Counted from the stretch's first letter, positions 7,250-18,491 are shown. The stretch is 64,000 nt of DNA from Candidatus Omnitrophota bacterium (GCA_029261065.1 JAJDCB010000026.1:82715-146714), one strand, 5' to 3'. A program made the numbers and translations. Notes: generated by a model from the sequence alone, not told the origin.

Positions 7250-9397
7250 ATGGGATCAAGTTCAAGGATTAAGGATTTAACTAGTAAAGGAGATTTTGAT
7301 ATGTCTGATTTGACAGGTTTTCAAATGGTGCCGGATTATTACGCGGAAAATGTTTTTAGTTTTAAGGCGATGAAAAATTATCTTTCCCCGAAAGCCTATA
7401 AATCTTTAACGGAAACAATAAAAAAAGCCGGCAAACTAGATCCAAGCATTGCCGATGAAGTTGCTGATGCTATGAAAATTTGGGCGATCTCAAAGGGTGC
7501 CACTCATTTTACGCATTGGTTTCAACCTCTTACAGGTGCAACAGCAGAAAAACACGATTCTTTTATCAAACCCGACGGAGAAGGAAGTGTTGTTTTAGAA
7601 TTTTCAGGCGAAGCCCTTATTCAAGGTGAGCCAGATGCTTCTAGTTTTCCTTCCGGTGGTTTAAGACCAACTTTTGAGGCCCGTGGTTACACAGGCTGGG
7701 ATCCAACCTCTCCTGCTTTTATTAAGGAAGGCGTTAAGGGTTCGACACTTTGTATTCCAACTTATTTCGTTGGATGGAATGGTGAAGCGTTAGATAAAAA
7801 AACACCATTGCTTCGTTCTATGAAAGCTTTATCAAAACAGATTGATCGATTAGCCAAAGTATTAAATATTAAGGCGACAATTCCTTCTTATGCAACGTTG
7901 GGTGGCGAACAAGAATACTTTTTAATTGATCGCGAATTTTATTATCGACGTATTGATATTATCCAAACAGGAAGAACGCTTTTTGGTAAGGAGCCGGCCA
8001 AGCATCAACAAATGGCGGATCATTATTTTGGAGCTATTAAGACACGAGTCATTGCTTTTATGGAAGATTTGGATAAAGAGATGTGGAGATTAGGAGCTCC
8101 TGTCACAACACGTCACAATGAAGTTTCCCCAGGACAATATGAAGTGGCTCCTATTTTTGAAAATCAAAATTTAGGTGTTGATCATAATATGCTTTGTATG
8201 GAAGTCATGCAAAAGGTTGCCGAGCGTCATGGTTTGGCATGTTTGTTGCATGAAAAACCATTTGCAGGTGTTAATGGTTCTGGAAAACATAATAACTGGT
8301 CCGTGTCTGGACCTGATGGAAAAAATTGGTTGTCGCCAGGAGAAAGTCCTCATGAAAATGAAAGATTTCTCGTCATGGTTGCCGCTATTATCAAAGCCGT
8401 CGATGAATACGCGGATCTTCTTCGTATGACAATCGCCTCGGCTGGAAACGATCATCGTTTAGGTTCTCATGAAGCGCCACCTGCGATTGTTTCTGTTTAT
8501 TTAGGTGAGCAGTTAACAGATATTTTTGAACAAATTGAAAAAGGATCGTCAACAAGAAGTTCAAAACAAGGTGGAACGCTCGAGTTGGGTGTGGATTCTT
8601 TACCACCTCTTCCAAGACACGCTTCGGACCGTAATAGAACTTCTCCTTTTGCTTTTACGGGAGCTAAGTTTGAATTTCGTGCGGTAGGATCAGGTGCAAG
8701 TTTATCGGGACCAAACATTGCCATCAATACAATTGTTGCTGAGGCCGTTTCTTCGATTTGTGACGAGCTTGAAAAAGTGGGCAAAGATAAAAAAACACTT
8801 AACAAGGCTGTTCAAAAAGTCCTTCAAGACATTATTAAAAAACATAAAAAGGTTATCTTTAATGGAGATAATTATACTGAGGCTTGGGTGAAAGAAGCCA
8901 AAAAGCGTGGGCTTCCTAATTTGAAAACAACGCCAGAAGCTCTTGCCGTTATGCAAGAGGCGAGGATCGTTAAGTTGTTTGAAAAGCACCGCGTTTTAAG
9001 CAAAAAAGAATTAGAGTCTCGTTATGGTGTTTACTCAGAAATATATCAAACGATTATTAAATATGAGGCAGATCTTTCCGTTGAAATGGCTCGGACTCTT
9101 ATTATTCCTGTTGCTTTGGAGTATTCTTCAAACTTGGCAGAGACGATTAAGTCTGTTGAAGGTGTGAGTAAAACAAAATCAACAGAGAGTAGAGGTATAT
9201 TAAAAGAAGTTTCCTCCCTTACTGAGAAAGCGATTGGTGCCGCAGCTAAACTAGAAAAAGCCGCTGTAGGTAGCTCCACATCAAAAGTTAAATCATCAAT
9301 GGCTGATTTACGTAAAACTGTTGATGCTCTTGAAGGACTTGTGCCAGCTGAAATTTGGCCACTTCCTTCTTATGCAGAGATGTTGTTTATTTCGTAA
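7250..9397 (+). CDS. glnN: Glutamine synthetase type III
   Basis: 715 aa. A GSIII-type N-terminus ([33 protein letters not shown]) and the GS catalytic core. The start may be the internal Met at 7301. Confidence 0.88.
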   Translation: MGSSSRIKDLTSKGDFDMSDLTGFQMVPDYYAENVFSFKAMKNYLSPKAYKSLTETIKKAGKLDPSIADEVADAMKIWAISKGATHFTHWFQPLTGATAEKHDSFIKPDGEGSVVLEFSGEALIQGEPDASSFPSGGLRPTFEARGYTGWDPTSPAFIKEGVKGSTLCIPTYFVGWNGEALDKKTPLLRSMKALSKQIDRLAKVLNIKATIPSYATLGGEQEYFLIDREFYYRRIDIIQTGRTLFGKEPAKHQQMADHYFGAIKTRVIAFMEDLDKEMWRLGAPVTTRHNEVSPGQYEVAPIFENQNLGVDHNMLCMEVMQKVAERHGLACLLHEKPFAGVNGSGKHNNWSVSGPDGKNWLSPGESPHENERFLVMVAAIIKAVDEYADLLRMTIASAGNDHRLGSHEAPPAIVSVYLGEQLTDIFEQIEKGSSTRSSKQGGTLELGVDSLPPLPRHASDRNRTSPFAFTGAKFEFRAVGSGASLSGPNIAINTIVAEAVSSICDELEKVGKDKKTLNKAVQKVLQDIIKKHKKVIFNGDNYTEAWVKEAKKRGLPNLKTTPEALAVMQEARIVKLFEKHRVLSKKELESRYGVYSEIYQTIIKYEADLSVEMARTLIIPVALEYSSNLAETIKSVEGVSKTKSTESRGILKEVSSLTEKAIGAAAKLEKAAVGSSTSKVKSSMADLRKTVDALEGLVPAEIWPLPSYAEMLFIS

Positions 9398-9414
9398 TTA
9401 TTATTACGATTATT

Positions 9415-9471
9415 GGATTCCCACTTTCGAGGGAATGACAGGCCCGGTGTCATTCCCTCGATAGAGGGAAT
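9415..9471. repeat. Family-A palindromic repeat units
   Basis: ggattcccactttcgagggaatgac aggcccggt gtcattccctcgatagagggaatc. It is preceded by a short glnN terminator hairpin, tcgtaat/attacga, at 9391-9408. Confidence 0.6.
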
Positions 9472-9481
9472 CTTTATATTT

Positions 9482-10204
9482 ATGATCCTTTTCCTCAAAC
9501 ACATTAACATCGAAGGCCCTGAAACCCTTGGCGATTTTTTTGTTAATCAAGGCAAAGACATTCGTGTTCTTGATTTGCATCATGGCCATCATCTCCCAAA
9601 GGATTTAACCGATATTGAGGCTGTTATCTGTTTGGGTGGTCCGATGAATGTTTATGAAGAAGATAAATATCCTTTTCTTAAAGCAGAGAATGAGTTTATC
9701 AAAGATGTTTTAGAACTAGAAATTCCTTTTTTGGGAATTTGTTTAGGCTCGCAGTTGTTAGCAAAGGCATGTGAAGCTTCGGTTGTACGTTCAGCAAACG
9801 AAGAAATAGGTTTTTCTCACGTTGCTTTAACAGAAAAAGGAAAACAAGATCCTTTATTTCATTTAGTTCCCCTTGAGGTTTTTGTTTTCCAGTGGCATGG
9901 GGATATGTTTGAGCTTTCTCATACAGGATCTTTGTTAGCATCATCACAACAGTGTCCTCATCAGGCTTTTCGTGTGGGACGTTGTGCGTATGGCATACAA
10001 TTTCATATTGAGATAACAGATAAAAGTATTCGGGAATGGTCTGAAGCGTATTTTGATCAAGGTAACGAACAAATGTTATTTAAAAAAATGTCTATGTTAA
10101 AAGAATATGATCGAAAAAAAGAATTGTTTAATGAGACAGCTCAAGCGATTTACGGAAATTTTTTACGAGTTATTGAACAAAGAGTAGAACAAATAATATC
10201 TTAA
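9482..10204 (+). CDS. Class-I glutamine amidotransferase-like protein (GATase1 fold)
   Basis: Catalytic Cys in a GICLGSQ-type motif, and a His (FQWHGD) later in the sequence. About 240 aa. The ORF-track start at 9413 reads through a family-A repeat, so the ATG at 9482 is more plausible. Confidence 0.7.
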   Translation: MILFLKHINIEGPETLGDFFVNQGKDIRVLDLHHGHHLPKDLTDIEAVICLGGPMNVYEEDKYPFLKAENEFIKDVLELEIPFLGICLGSQLLAKACEASVVRSANEEIGFSHVALTEKGKQDPLFHLVPLEVFVFQWHGDMFELSHTGSLLASSQQCPHQAFRVGRCAYGIQFHIEITDKSIREWSEAYFDQGNEQMLFKKMSMLKEYDRKKELFNETAQAIYGNFLRVIEQRVEQIIS

Positions 10205-10242
10205 AAATTTTTTGTGTTTAAATGCACAAAAATAAGGCAAAC

Positions 10243-11871
10243 ATGCGAATAGTATTAGCCCAACTAAATCCAACTGTCGGTGATCTTTCAGGAAATGCGT
10301 TAAAGGTTATCGAATCCATTAAGCAAGCAAAGTCAGAACAGGCAGATCTCGTTGTGTTTCCTGAGCTTGTGATTTGCGGTTATCCCCCAGAGGATTTGTT
10401 ATATAAAGATCATTTTATTAAAGACAATTTGAAAGCGTTAAAAGATATAGGAAAGAAAACGAAAGAGATCACGGCTATTATTGGTCTTGTTGATCAGGAT
10501 AAGGACAAGTGTATTTATAATGCCGCTGCCGTTTATACAGACGGGGTATTAAAAGGCGTTTATCATAAACAAGAGTTACCGAACTATGGTGTTTTTGATG
10601 AAAAGCGTTATTTCCAAAAAGGAAAAAAAGATAGTTGTTTTATGATTAACGGTATTAAGGTGGGCATTAATATTTGTGAAGATATCTGGATTGATAAGGG
10701 TGTTTATCATAGACAATCTCAAAAAGGAGCCAAATTTTTAATTAACATTTCATCTTCTCCTTATAACGTAGGAAAATTCCGTCAGCGTGAAAAGTTAATT
10801 ACAGAACGAGCGAAACAAACAAAAAAGTATGTTTGTTATGTCAATTTGGTTGGAGGTCAGGATGAACTTGTTTTTGATGGAGGAAGTTTATGTGTTAATC
10901 CTAAGGGTCAAATAGTGGCACGAGCGGCAAGCTTTAAGGAAGGCTTTGTTTGCGTTGATCTTGAATTAGGAAAGAAGGGGGCATTAAAAAAGAAATCCAT
11001 TTATCATTCAAAGATTAAAGCTGGAACACAAACAGAGAGAATTTATAAGGCTCTTGTTTTGGGTGTGCATGATTATATTCAAAAAAATGGATTTCAAAAG
11101 GTTTTAATCGGATTAAGCGGTGGGATAGATTCGGCTCTTGTTGCGGCAATTGCGGTTGCAGCATTGGGAAAGAAGAACGTTATAGGAGTATCTATGCCAT
11201 CAAAATATAATTCTCAAGGAACTCAAGACGATGCGAAACAACTTGCTCAAAATTTAGGCATTGAATTTAAAGAAATTGCAATTGAGGGAATGGTTTGTTC
11301 TTACGAAGAAACATTAAAGGAAGAGTTTAAGGGGTTACCTGCTAATTTTACCGAGGAAAACATTCAGGCCCGTATTCGTGGAAATATCCTGATGGCTTTA
11401 TCGAATAAATTTGGCTGGTTAGTTTTAACAACGGGTAACAAAAGTGAACTCGCAGTTGGGTATTGTACATTGTATGGAGATATGTCTGGAGGGTTTGCTG
11501 TTATTAAAGACGTACCAAAAACGAAAGTTTATGAGCTGGCAAATTTTATCAACAGCCAAGAAAAGATACTAATTCCACAAAGTATTATAGATCGAGCCCC
11601 TTCAGCCGAGCTAAGGGAAAACCAAAAAGATCAGGATTCTTTGCCAGATTACGACGTTTTGGATGATATTTTGGGGAGTTATATTGAAGATCATAAGTCT
11701 ATTAAAACAATGTCCAAAAAGAATAAAGCCGACATTGTTAAGGATGTGGTAAGAAAGGTTGATTTAAACGAGTACAAGCGGCGACAGGCCCCTGTAGGCA
11801 TTAAAATAACCCCTCGAGCCTTTGGCCGCGATTGGCGTTTACCGATTACTAATAACTACAAAGAGTTATAG
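10243..11871 (+). CDS. nadE: Glutamine-dependent NAD+ synthetase (N-terminal CN-hydrolase domain plus NadE domain)
   Basis: The N-terminus has a nitrilase-family catalytic triad (FPEL...K...CED). The C-terminus carries the SGGIDS PP-loop and NAD synthetase motifs. Confidence 0.88.
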   Translation: MRIVLAQLNPTVGDLSGNALKVIESIKQAKSEQADLVVFPELVICGYPPEDLLYKDHFIKDNLKALKDIGKKTKEITAIIGLVDQDKDKCIYNAAAVYTDGVLKGVYHKQELPNYGVFDEKRYFQKGKKDSCFMINGIKVGINICEDIWIDKGVYHRQSQKGAKFLINISSSPYNVGKFRQREKLITERAKQTKKYVCYVNLVGGQDELVFDGGSLCVNPKGQIVARAASFKEGFVCVDLELGKKGALKKKSIYHSKIKAGTQTERIYKALVLGVHDYIQKNGFQKVLIGLSGGIDSALVAAIAVAALGKKNVIGVSMPSKYNSQGTQDDAKQLAQNLGIEFKEIAIEGMVCSYEETLKEEFKGLPANFTEENIQARIRGNILMALSNKFGWLVLTTGNKSELAVGYCTLYGDMSGGFAVIKDVPKTKVYELANFINSQEKILIPQSIIDRAPSAELRENQKDQDSLPDYDVLDDILGSYIEDHKSIKTMSKKNKADIVKDVVRKVDLNEYKRRQAPVGIKITPRAFGRDWRLPITNNYKEL

Positions 11872-11980
11872 TGGGGTAGAGAAGTTAGTCCTTTTTTGGG
11901 GATTTGGCTGGGTATAAGTTCGAAGAGTTGTATAACTAATAAGGCCAACGGCTTTCGATTTAGACGAAAAAATTTTAGGG

Positions 11981-12008
11981 TTGCAAAATTTGATATTTTA
12001 TGTAAAAT
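11981..12008 (+). promoter_or_regulatory. Candidate sigma-70 promoter for the Fis-like and gltBD genes
   Basis: TTGCAA, a 16-nt spacer, then TAAAAT. No convincing sigma-54 GG-N10-GC element was seen. Confidence 0.3.
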
Positions 12009-12169
12009 GGTTACGCATTTGAAAGTTCAAACAGCCGAATTGCATAATTTATATGCAGGGGAATTCAATTAATAAGTAGTATACCTGCTAATTGATTTTG
12101 CCTACCCTCCTTTTAGGATTTAAGTTTTGAGCCAAATCACGTCTTAACCCAACAATTGGGGAGAAAAAT

Positions 12170-12391
12170 ATGGATATCAATCACAAGATAGAGAGTTCGT
12201 TTATTAATTTGGAGAAGGGGAAAATTTATAAAACGATTATCAGTGACACTGAGAAAATCCTAATTGAAAAAGCGTTAAGAAAAACACACGGAAATCAAAT
12301 TTTAGCAGCGAGAATCTTGGGATTAAATCGAAATACCATTCGATCCAAGATCAAGAAGCTTAGCATTGACATGGAGAGTTTTAAAGAATGA
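12170..12391 (+). CDS. Stand-alone Fis-type helix-turn-helix DNA-binding protein (73 aa)
   Basis: C-terminal HTH_8 signature (EKALRKTHGNQILAARILGLNRNTIRSKIKKL). Its stop overlaps the gltB start (ATGA). Confidence 0.6.
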   Translation: MDINHKIESSFINLEKGKIYKTIISDTEKILIEKALRKTHGNQILAARILGLNRNTIRSKIKKLSIDMESFKE

Positions 12392-15300
12392 GTCACGCCT
12401 TTTATCCACCCAAACAAGGTCTTTATGACCCAAATTTTGAGCATGATAGTTGCGGTGTTGGATTTATTTGCAATATTAAAGGAAATAAATCCCATAGCAT
12501 TGTAAGACATGGTCTTAAAATTTTAGAGAATTTAACGCATCGTGGTGCCTGTGGTTGCGATCCTGAAACAGGAGATGGCGCTGGAATCATTTTCCAGATG
12601 CCTGATAAATTTTTACGTAAAGAATGCGAGAAACTAAACATCGAATTACCTGCCGAGGGTGATTATGGGTGTGGTATCGTTTTTCTCCCACCTAATTTAG
12701 AAGAACGTAATCAGATTGAAGAATGGACAGAGATTCTTATTCATGAAGAAGGACAAAAGTTTTTAGGATGGAGAGAAGTTCCCCATGACAGCTCTAAAAT
12801 TGGAGTGGTTGCAAGATCTGTCGAACCGGAGTTTAAGCAATTATTTATCGCCCGTGGAGCTGAGACATCTCAAGAAGAATTTGAACGTAAACTTTATGTC
12901 ATTCGCAAACGTCTTTATAACGCCGTCCAAGCATCAACCCTAGCCCAAAGAAGTTATTATTATTTTTGTAGTTTATCAAGCCGAACCATTGTTTATAAGG
13001 GTCAACTTATGGCCGAACAATTGGATCGTTTTTTTACCGACCTATCAGACCATGATTTTGTTTCAGCCCTTTCCATGGTTCATTCCCGATATAGTACCAA
13101 CACATTTCCTAGCTGGGCGCTTTCGCATCCTTATCGAATTATTGCGCATAATGGCGAGATTAATACGTTGCGAGGAAATATCAATTGGATGCATGCTCGT
13201 GAAATGCAGTTTGTCTCCGAAGCTTTTGGTGAAGACATTAAAAAGGTTTTGCCTATTGTTGTTCCTCATGGAAGTGACTCAGCAACGTTTGACAATGCCT
13301 TAGAGATGCTTGTTTTATCAGGCCGATCGTTACCGCATGCCATGATGATGATGGTTCCAGAGGCTTGGAGTGGTCATGAGAGTATGGATCAAGAGAAAAA
13401 AGATTTCTATGAATATCATTCCTGTTTGATGGAACCTTGGGATGGTCCAGCTTCAATTGGTTTTACAGATGGTCGATACATCGGTGCTGTTTTGGATCGT
13501 AATGGATTACGCCCATCACGTTACTGGGAAGTTAAAGATGATTTGGTTATTATGGCTTCAGAGGCGGGTGTTCTTCAAATTAAACCTGAAAATGTTGTCC
13601 GAAAAGGACGACTAGAACCAGGTAAGATGTTTTTAATTGATACGGTTGAAGGTCGTATTATTGACGATGCTGAATTAAAAAGTACGTACGCGAAACAACA
13701 GCCTTATGGACGTTGGTTAAAAGAACAGGTTGTTGATATCAAAGATTTATCGCAGCCAGGTAAGGTATTAGGCCTTAATGAAAAAACATTACTCGAGCGT
13801 CAGCGTGTGTTTGGCTACACTATTGAAGATATCAAATTGTTATTATCTCCTATGGCTCTTAACGGTATAGAAGCCACAGGTTCTATGGGTGATGATACGC
13901 CTCTCGCTGTTTTAAGTCGCCGTCCCCAATTACTCTACAATTATTTCAAACAACTTTTTGCGCAAGTTACAAATCCACCCATTGACCCGATTCGAGAAGA
14001 AGTCGTCATGGCGGAAGATGTTATGCTCGGTGCTGAAGGTAATCTGTTAGATGAAACGCCCGAACATTGTCAACGTTTAAGACTGTCCAAGCCGATTATT
14101 ACGAATGAAGAATTGGAAAAAATTTGTCACGTCAATAAGGGACGTTTAAAATCAAAAAAATTATCGATGGTTTTTAAAGCCGAAGATTCCAATCAAGGGC
14201 TGGCCGCGGCTTTAGAGGATCTTTTTAAACAAGCAGATAAAGCGATTGAAGAGGGTTATTCTATTTTAATTTTGTCTGACAGAAAAGCCAATAAGGGTAA
14301 TATCCCAATGCCTTCTTTGTTAGCCTGTGCTGGTTTGCATCATCATCTTATTTTACAGGGTAGCCGCATAAAGGTGAGTATTGTTCTGGAATCTGGAGAA
14401 GCGCGCGAGATGCATCATTTTGCTGTTTTAATTGGTTATGGAGCGAATGCGATTAATCCTTATTTAGCGTTTGAAACATTAGAAAGTGAAATTAACAAAG
14501 GTTCTATTGAAGGGTTGTCATTTGATGACGCTCAAAAGAATTATATTAAATCCACACGTAAGGGTTTGTTTAAAGTCATTTCTAAAATGGGGATATCAAC
14601 CATTCAGTCTTATTGTGGTGCTCAAATTTTTGAAGCCATTGGATTGAATAAAAAGTTGATCAATAAATATTTTACAGCTACACCATCTCGTATTGGTGGT
14701 ATTGGTGTTGAAGAGGTTGCTGAGGAGATGATACGTCGTCATCAGAATGCTTATCCAGAAGGGAATGCGTATGATGAGATGTTAGATCAGGGTGGGTCCT
14801 ATGCCTGGAGAAAAGAAGGCGAGCATCATCAACTTAATCCGCAGACAATTGCTATGTTGCAGCATTCTGTTCGTTCGGGTGATTTTAAATTGTATAAAAA
14901 ATATGCAGCTCTGGTTAATCAGCAACAAACAAATTTAGCAAACATTCGTGGTTTATTAAAGTTTAAAAAAGGAAAACCTATTCCTATTGAAGAGGTCGAA
15001 CCTGCCTCAGAGATCGTTAAACGCTTTGCAACAGGGGCCATGAGTTATGGGTCAATTTCTAAAGAAGCACATGAGACACTTGCTATTGCAATGAATCGTT
15101 TGGGAGGTTTTTCAAATACAGGAGAAGGTGGTGAGGACTCAGATAGATTTAAGAAAGATCCTAATGGCGATTGGCGACGGAGTCGTATTAAGCAGGTCGC
15201 TCAAGGGCGTTTTGGTGTTACGATCGAATATTTAGTTAATGCCGATCAACATCAAATTAAAATGGCACAAGGCGCTAAGCCAGGTGAAGGGGGACAACTT

Positions 15301-16944
15301 CCCGGACATAAGGTGAGTCAAGAAATTGCAGATACACGTCACACGACACCCGGTGTAGGTCTTATTTCGCCACCACCGCATCACGATATTTATTCAATTG
15401 AAGATTTAGCGCAACTTATTCATGATCTGAAAAACGCAAATCGACGTGCAGATATAAGCGTCAAGCTTGTTTCAGAAATCGGTGTAGGAACGGTTGCCGC
15501 TGGTGTTTCTAAAGGAAAAGCAGATCACTTATTAATTAGTGGGTATGAAGGTGGGACAGGAGCTTCTCCGCAAACATCGATTAAGCATGCAGGTTTACCC
15601 ATGGAATTAGGAATTGCTGAGACACAACAAGTTCTTGTAATGAATGATTTGCGTGGTCGTATTCGAGTTCAAACAGATGGTCAGCTAAAAACGGGACGGG
15701 ATGTTTGTATTGCGACAATGTTGGGTGCTGATGAATTTGGTTTCTCAACGATAGCTCTTGTAACCATGGGCTGTATTTTACTTCGCAAGTGCCATTTAAA
15801 TACATGCTCTGTTGGAATTGCAACACAAGATAAAAGTTTAAGAAAGAAATTTGAAGGACAAGCGGATTATGTGGTTAACTTTTTTACCTTTGTTGCCGAA
15901 GAAGTTCGTGAATATATGGCAGAATTAGGTTTTCGTAAATTTGAAGAGATGACTGGCCGTGTTGATATGTTAGAAACGCAAGAAGTTCTTAATCACTGGA
16001 AGGCAAAGGGGCTTGATTTAACGCGTATTTTACATAAACCCGATGTTCCTAAAGATGTTGCCATTCGTCATATGGGCTCGCAAGATCATGGTTTAGAAAA
16101 TGCCTTAGATAATAAATTAATTGAAAGTTGTAAAGATGCGATTGCTAATAAAACTAAAATTAATTTTGTCAGCCAAATTATAAATATTAATCGTACGGTT
16201 GGAACGATGTTAAGTAGTGAAGTTGCTCGCAAATACGGTTTAGCAGGCTTGCCTGAAGATACTATCAATATTAAATTTCAAGGAACGGCAGGTCAAAGTT
16301 TCGGCGCATTTTTATCACGTGGAGTTACCTTTACTTTAGAAGGCGATGCCAATGATTACGTCGGTAAGGGCTTATCTGGTGGGAAATTAATTCTTTATCC
16401 GCAGGAAGGTTCTAGTTTTGTCCCTGAAGAAAATATTATCATTGGGAATGTTGTCTTGTATGGTGCTATTTGTGGTGAGGCCTACTTTAGAGGGATTGCA
16501 GGCGAAAGATTTTGTGTTCGTAATAGTGGGGCGCATACTGTTGTTGAAGGCATTGGTGATCATGGTTGTGAATATATGACGGGAGGGCGTGTTGTTATTT
16601 TGGGTGAGACAGGTCGAAATTTTGCAGCTGGTATGAGTGGCGGAATTGCTTACATTTGGGACAGGAATGGTGATTTTAAAGCGCATTGTAATATGGGTAT
16701 GGTTGAGCTTTTTGATGTTGAGGCCGATAAGGACAAAGATGAGTTACGTCAATTAATAGAAAATCATTATAAGTACACGCAAAGCACGGTCGCTAAAGGC
16801 ATATTAGATAATTGGAATACCGTTTTACCTCAATTTGTTAAGGTTTATCCAACGGATTATCGTCGTGTTGTTGAAGAGGCAGCTAAGCTTGAAGAACACG
16901 TAGAAGATGTGTCTTCTGAGGAATTGGTGCCGGACGCAAATTAG
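12388..16944 (+). CDS. gltB: Glutamate synthase large subunit
   Basis: 1518 aa. An N-terminal Cys1 amidotransferase domain (CGVGF), an FMN/3Fe-4S central domain and a C-terminal GXGXG domain. Confidence 0.95.
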   Translation: MSHAFYPPKQGLYDPNFEHDSCGVGFICNIKGNKSHSIVRHGLKILENLTHRGACGCDPETGDGAGIIFQMPDKFLRKECEKLNIELPAEGDYGCGIVFLPPNLEERNQIEEWTEILIHEEGQKFLGWREVPHDSSKIGVVARSVEPEFKQLFIARGAETSQEEFERKLYVIRKRLYNAVQASTLAQRSYYYFCSLSSRTIVYKGQLMAEQLDRFFTDLSDHDFVSALSMVHSRYSTNTFPSWALSHPYRIIAHNGEINTLRGNINWMHAREMQFVSEAFGEDIKKVLPIVVPHGSDSATFDNALEMLVLSGRSLPHAMMMMVPEAWSGHESMDQEKKDFYEYHSCLMEPWDGPASIGFTDGRYIGAVLDRNGLRPSRYWEVKDDLVIMASEAGVLQIKPENVVRKGRLEPGKMFLIDTVEGRIIDDAELKSTYAKQQPYGRWLKEQVVDIKDLSQPGKVLGLNEKTLLERQRVFGYTIEDIKLLLSPMALNGIEATGSMGDDTPLAVLSRRPQLLYNYFKQLFAQVTNPPIDPIREEVVMAEDVMLGAEGNLLDETPEHCQRLRLSKPIITNEELEKICHVNKGRLKSKKLSMVFKAEDSNQGLAAALEDLFKQADKAIEEGYSILILSDRKANKGNIPMPSLLACAGLHHHLILQGSRIKVSIVLESGEAREMHHFAVLIGYGANAINPYLAFETLESEINKGSIEGLSFDDAQKNYIKSTRKGLFKVISKMGISTIQSYCGAQIFEAIGLNKKLINKYFTATPSRIGGIGVEEVAEEMIRRHQNAYPEGNAYDEMLDQGGSYAWRKEGEHHQLNPQTIAMLQHSVRSGDFKLYKKYAALVNQQQTNLANIRGLLKFKKGKPIPIEEVEPASEIVKRFATGAMSYGSISKEAHETLAIAMNRLGGFSNTGEGGEDSDRFKKDPNGDWRRSRIKQVAQGRFGVTIEYLVNADQHQIKMAQGAKPGEGGQLPGHKVSQEIADTRHTTPGVGLISPPPHHDIYSIEDLAQLIHDLKNANRRADISVKLVSEIGVGTVAAGVSKGKADHLLISGYEGGTGASPQTSIKHAGLPMELGIAETQQVLVMNDLRGRIRVQTDGQLKTGRDVCIATMLGADEFGFSTIALVTMGCILLRKCHLNTCSVGIATQDKSLRKKFEGQADYVVNFFTFVAEEVREYMAELGFRKFEEMTGRVDMLETQEVLNHWKAKGLDLTRILHKPDVPKDVAIRHMGSQDHGLENALDNKLIESCKDAIANKTKINFVSQIININRTVGTMLSSEVARKYGLAGLPEDTINIKFQGTAGQSFGAFLSRGVTFTLEGDANDYVGKGLSGGKLILYPQEGSSFVPEENIIIGNVVLYGAICGEAYFRGIAGERFCVRNSGAHTVVEGIGDHGCEYMTGGRVVILGETGRNFAAGMSGGIAYIWDRNGDFKAHCNMGMVELFDVEADKDKDELRQLIENHYKYTQSTVAKGILDNWNTVLPQFVKVYPTDYRRVVEEAAKLEEHVEDVSSEELVPDAN

Positions 16945-17048
16945 CCCGTCGTCTCTGGACGCCGAGGTTTGTTGTTACAATTAAGGCAAATAAGAGCCGC
17001 TTGTCATCCAGGACTTGATCCGGGATCTAAAATTTAGGAGCTAAACAC

Positions 17049-18491
17049 GTGGGTGATGTTACTGGATTTATGAAGTTTCCGCGAGAAGATTTTGAGAAAG
17101 AAGCTGTAGACTCTCGCAAGAAACATTGGAAAGAATTTTATAAAGAGATGCCTGTCGATACGTTAAAGACACAAGGCGCTCGTTGTATGGACTGTGGTGT
17201 TCCTTTTTGTCAGGAAGGTTGTCCTATTGGAAATATTATTCCTGATTGGAACGATCTTATTTATCGTGATCGTTGGAAAGAAGCTATCGAGCGTCTTTCA
17301 AAAACAAATAACTTTCCTGAATTTACAGGACGTGTTTGTCCCGCTCCTTGTGAAAATTCATGCGTCTTGGCTATTAATAATCCTGCTGTGACGATAAAAA
17401 ATATTGAAGTTTCTATTGTTGAAAAAGCTTACCAAGAAGGATGGCTTAAACCACAAGTACCTAAACATCGCACAGGAAAAAAAGTGGCCGTTATTGGTTC
17501 AGGACCGTCTGGGTTAGCCTGCGCAGATCAATTGAATAAAGAAGGTCACACTGTAATTGTTTATGAAAAGAATGAATATTTAGGTGGTTTGTTAACGCTA
17601 GGTATTCCGGATTTTAAAATGGAGAAGTGGGTTGTTGAGCGTCGGTTAAAGCGGATGGAAAAAGAAGGTATTAAATTTAAAACAAAGGTGTGTGTAGGTA
17701 AAGATATTTTGGCAAGAGAACTAAGAGATACTTATGATGCTGTTGTTTTATGTGGTGGCGCTGAACAGCCACGAGATTTACCGGTTGAGGGTCGAGAATT
17801 AGATGGCGTTCATTTTGCGATGGATTTTTTAACACAACAAAATCGAAGCAGTTTAGGACAGAAAATCGACGTTGCTAAGCGTATATCGGCTGAAGGAAAA
17901 AATGTTGTTGTCCTAGGGGGAGGAGATACAGGATCAGATTGTATTGGAACTTCGAACCGTCAAGGCGCTTTAAGTGTTAAAAATTTTGAATTGATGCCAC
18001 AACCTCCAAAAGAGCGTGCCTTTGATAATCCTTGGCCGAATTGGGCTTTTGTGGAAAGATCGTCAACATCTCATGAAGAGGGAGTTGAGCGCGATTATGC
18101 AATCATGACTAAGAAACTTACGGGTGAAGATGGAAAGGTAAAAAAATTACATGGCATTCGATTAGAGTTTGGAGAAAAAGATCCTCAGACAGGAAGAAGA
18201 CCTATGAAAGAAATTGCTGGGTCCGAATTTGAAATTGATGCTGATCTTGTTCTTTTGGCGATGGGGTTTCTTGGCCCAGTTAAAAATGGAATGCTTACGG
18301 ATTTTGGTGTAGAGTTAGATGAACGCGGCAACGTAAAATCAGATGAAAATAAAATGACAAGTATTCCAGGTGTCTTTACAGCAGGAGATATGACACGTGG
18401 TCAGTCTTTAGTTGTTTGGGCCATTCAAGAAGGACGTGCTGCTGCACAAGGTGTTGGTCAATATCTTATATCAGCACAGGTGGATGTTTAG
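17049..18491 (+). CDS. gltD: Glutamate synthase small subunit (NADPH-dependent)
   Basis: GTG start 8 nt after AGGAG. Fe-S Cys clusters, an FAD/NAD(P) GxGxxG motif (VAVIGSGPSGLA) and a GGGDTG motif. Confidence 0.9.
   Translation: MGDVTGFMKFPREDFEKEAVDSRKKHWKEFYKEMPVDTLKTQGARCMDCGVPFCQEGCPIGNIIPDWNDLIYRDRWKEAIERLSKTNNFPEFTGRVCPAPCENSCVLAINNPAVTIKNIEVSIVEKAYQEGWLKPQVPKHRTGKKVAVIGSGPSGLACADQLNKEGHTVIVYEKNEYLGGLLTLGIPDFKMEKWVVERRLKRMEKEGIKFKTKVCVGKDILARELRDTYDAVVLCGGAEQPRDLPVEGRELDGVHFAMDFLTQQNRSSLGQKIDVAKRISAEGKNVVVLGGGDTGSDCIGTSNRQGALSVKNFELMPQPPKERAFDNPWPNWAFVERSSTSHEEGVERDYAIMTKKLTGEDGKVKKLHGIRLEFGEKDPQTGRRPMKEIAGSEFEIDADLVLLAMGFLGPVKNGMLTDFGVELDERGNVKSDENKMTSIPGVFTAGDMTRGQSLVVWAIQEGRAAAQGVGQYLISAQVDV

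Noticed and set aside
6960-7250. Looked for a glutamine riboswitch (glnA RNA motif) in the long glnN leader.
   Set aside because: No convincing match to the E-loop/pseudoknot consensus as far as I can recall it. Terminator and ANTAR-like interpretations fit better. A covariance model scan is needed to settle this.
9413-9481. N-terminal extensions of the GATase1 (9413), the glmS-upstream ORF 45367-45630, fpg (52242), rsmI (47464) and atpB (60139) through repeat elements.
   Set aside because: The extensions translate the palindromic or MITE-like repeats. Downstream ATG/GTG starts with RBSs match the conserved protein N-termini.
11981-12170. Searched upstream of the Fis-like and gltB genes for a sigma-54 promoter (TGGCAC-N5-TTGCA).
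   Set aside because: No GG-N10-GC element with appropriate spacing was found. Only a moderate sigma-70-like candidate is present.
12989-13456. Several 60-100-aa ORFs inside gltB, carB, glmS, atpA and other large genes.
   Set aside because: Embedded in long, highly conserved reading frames. These are typical spurious alternative-frame ORFs.
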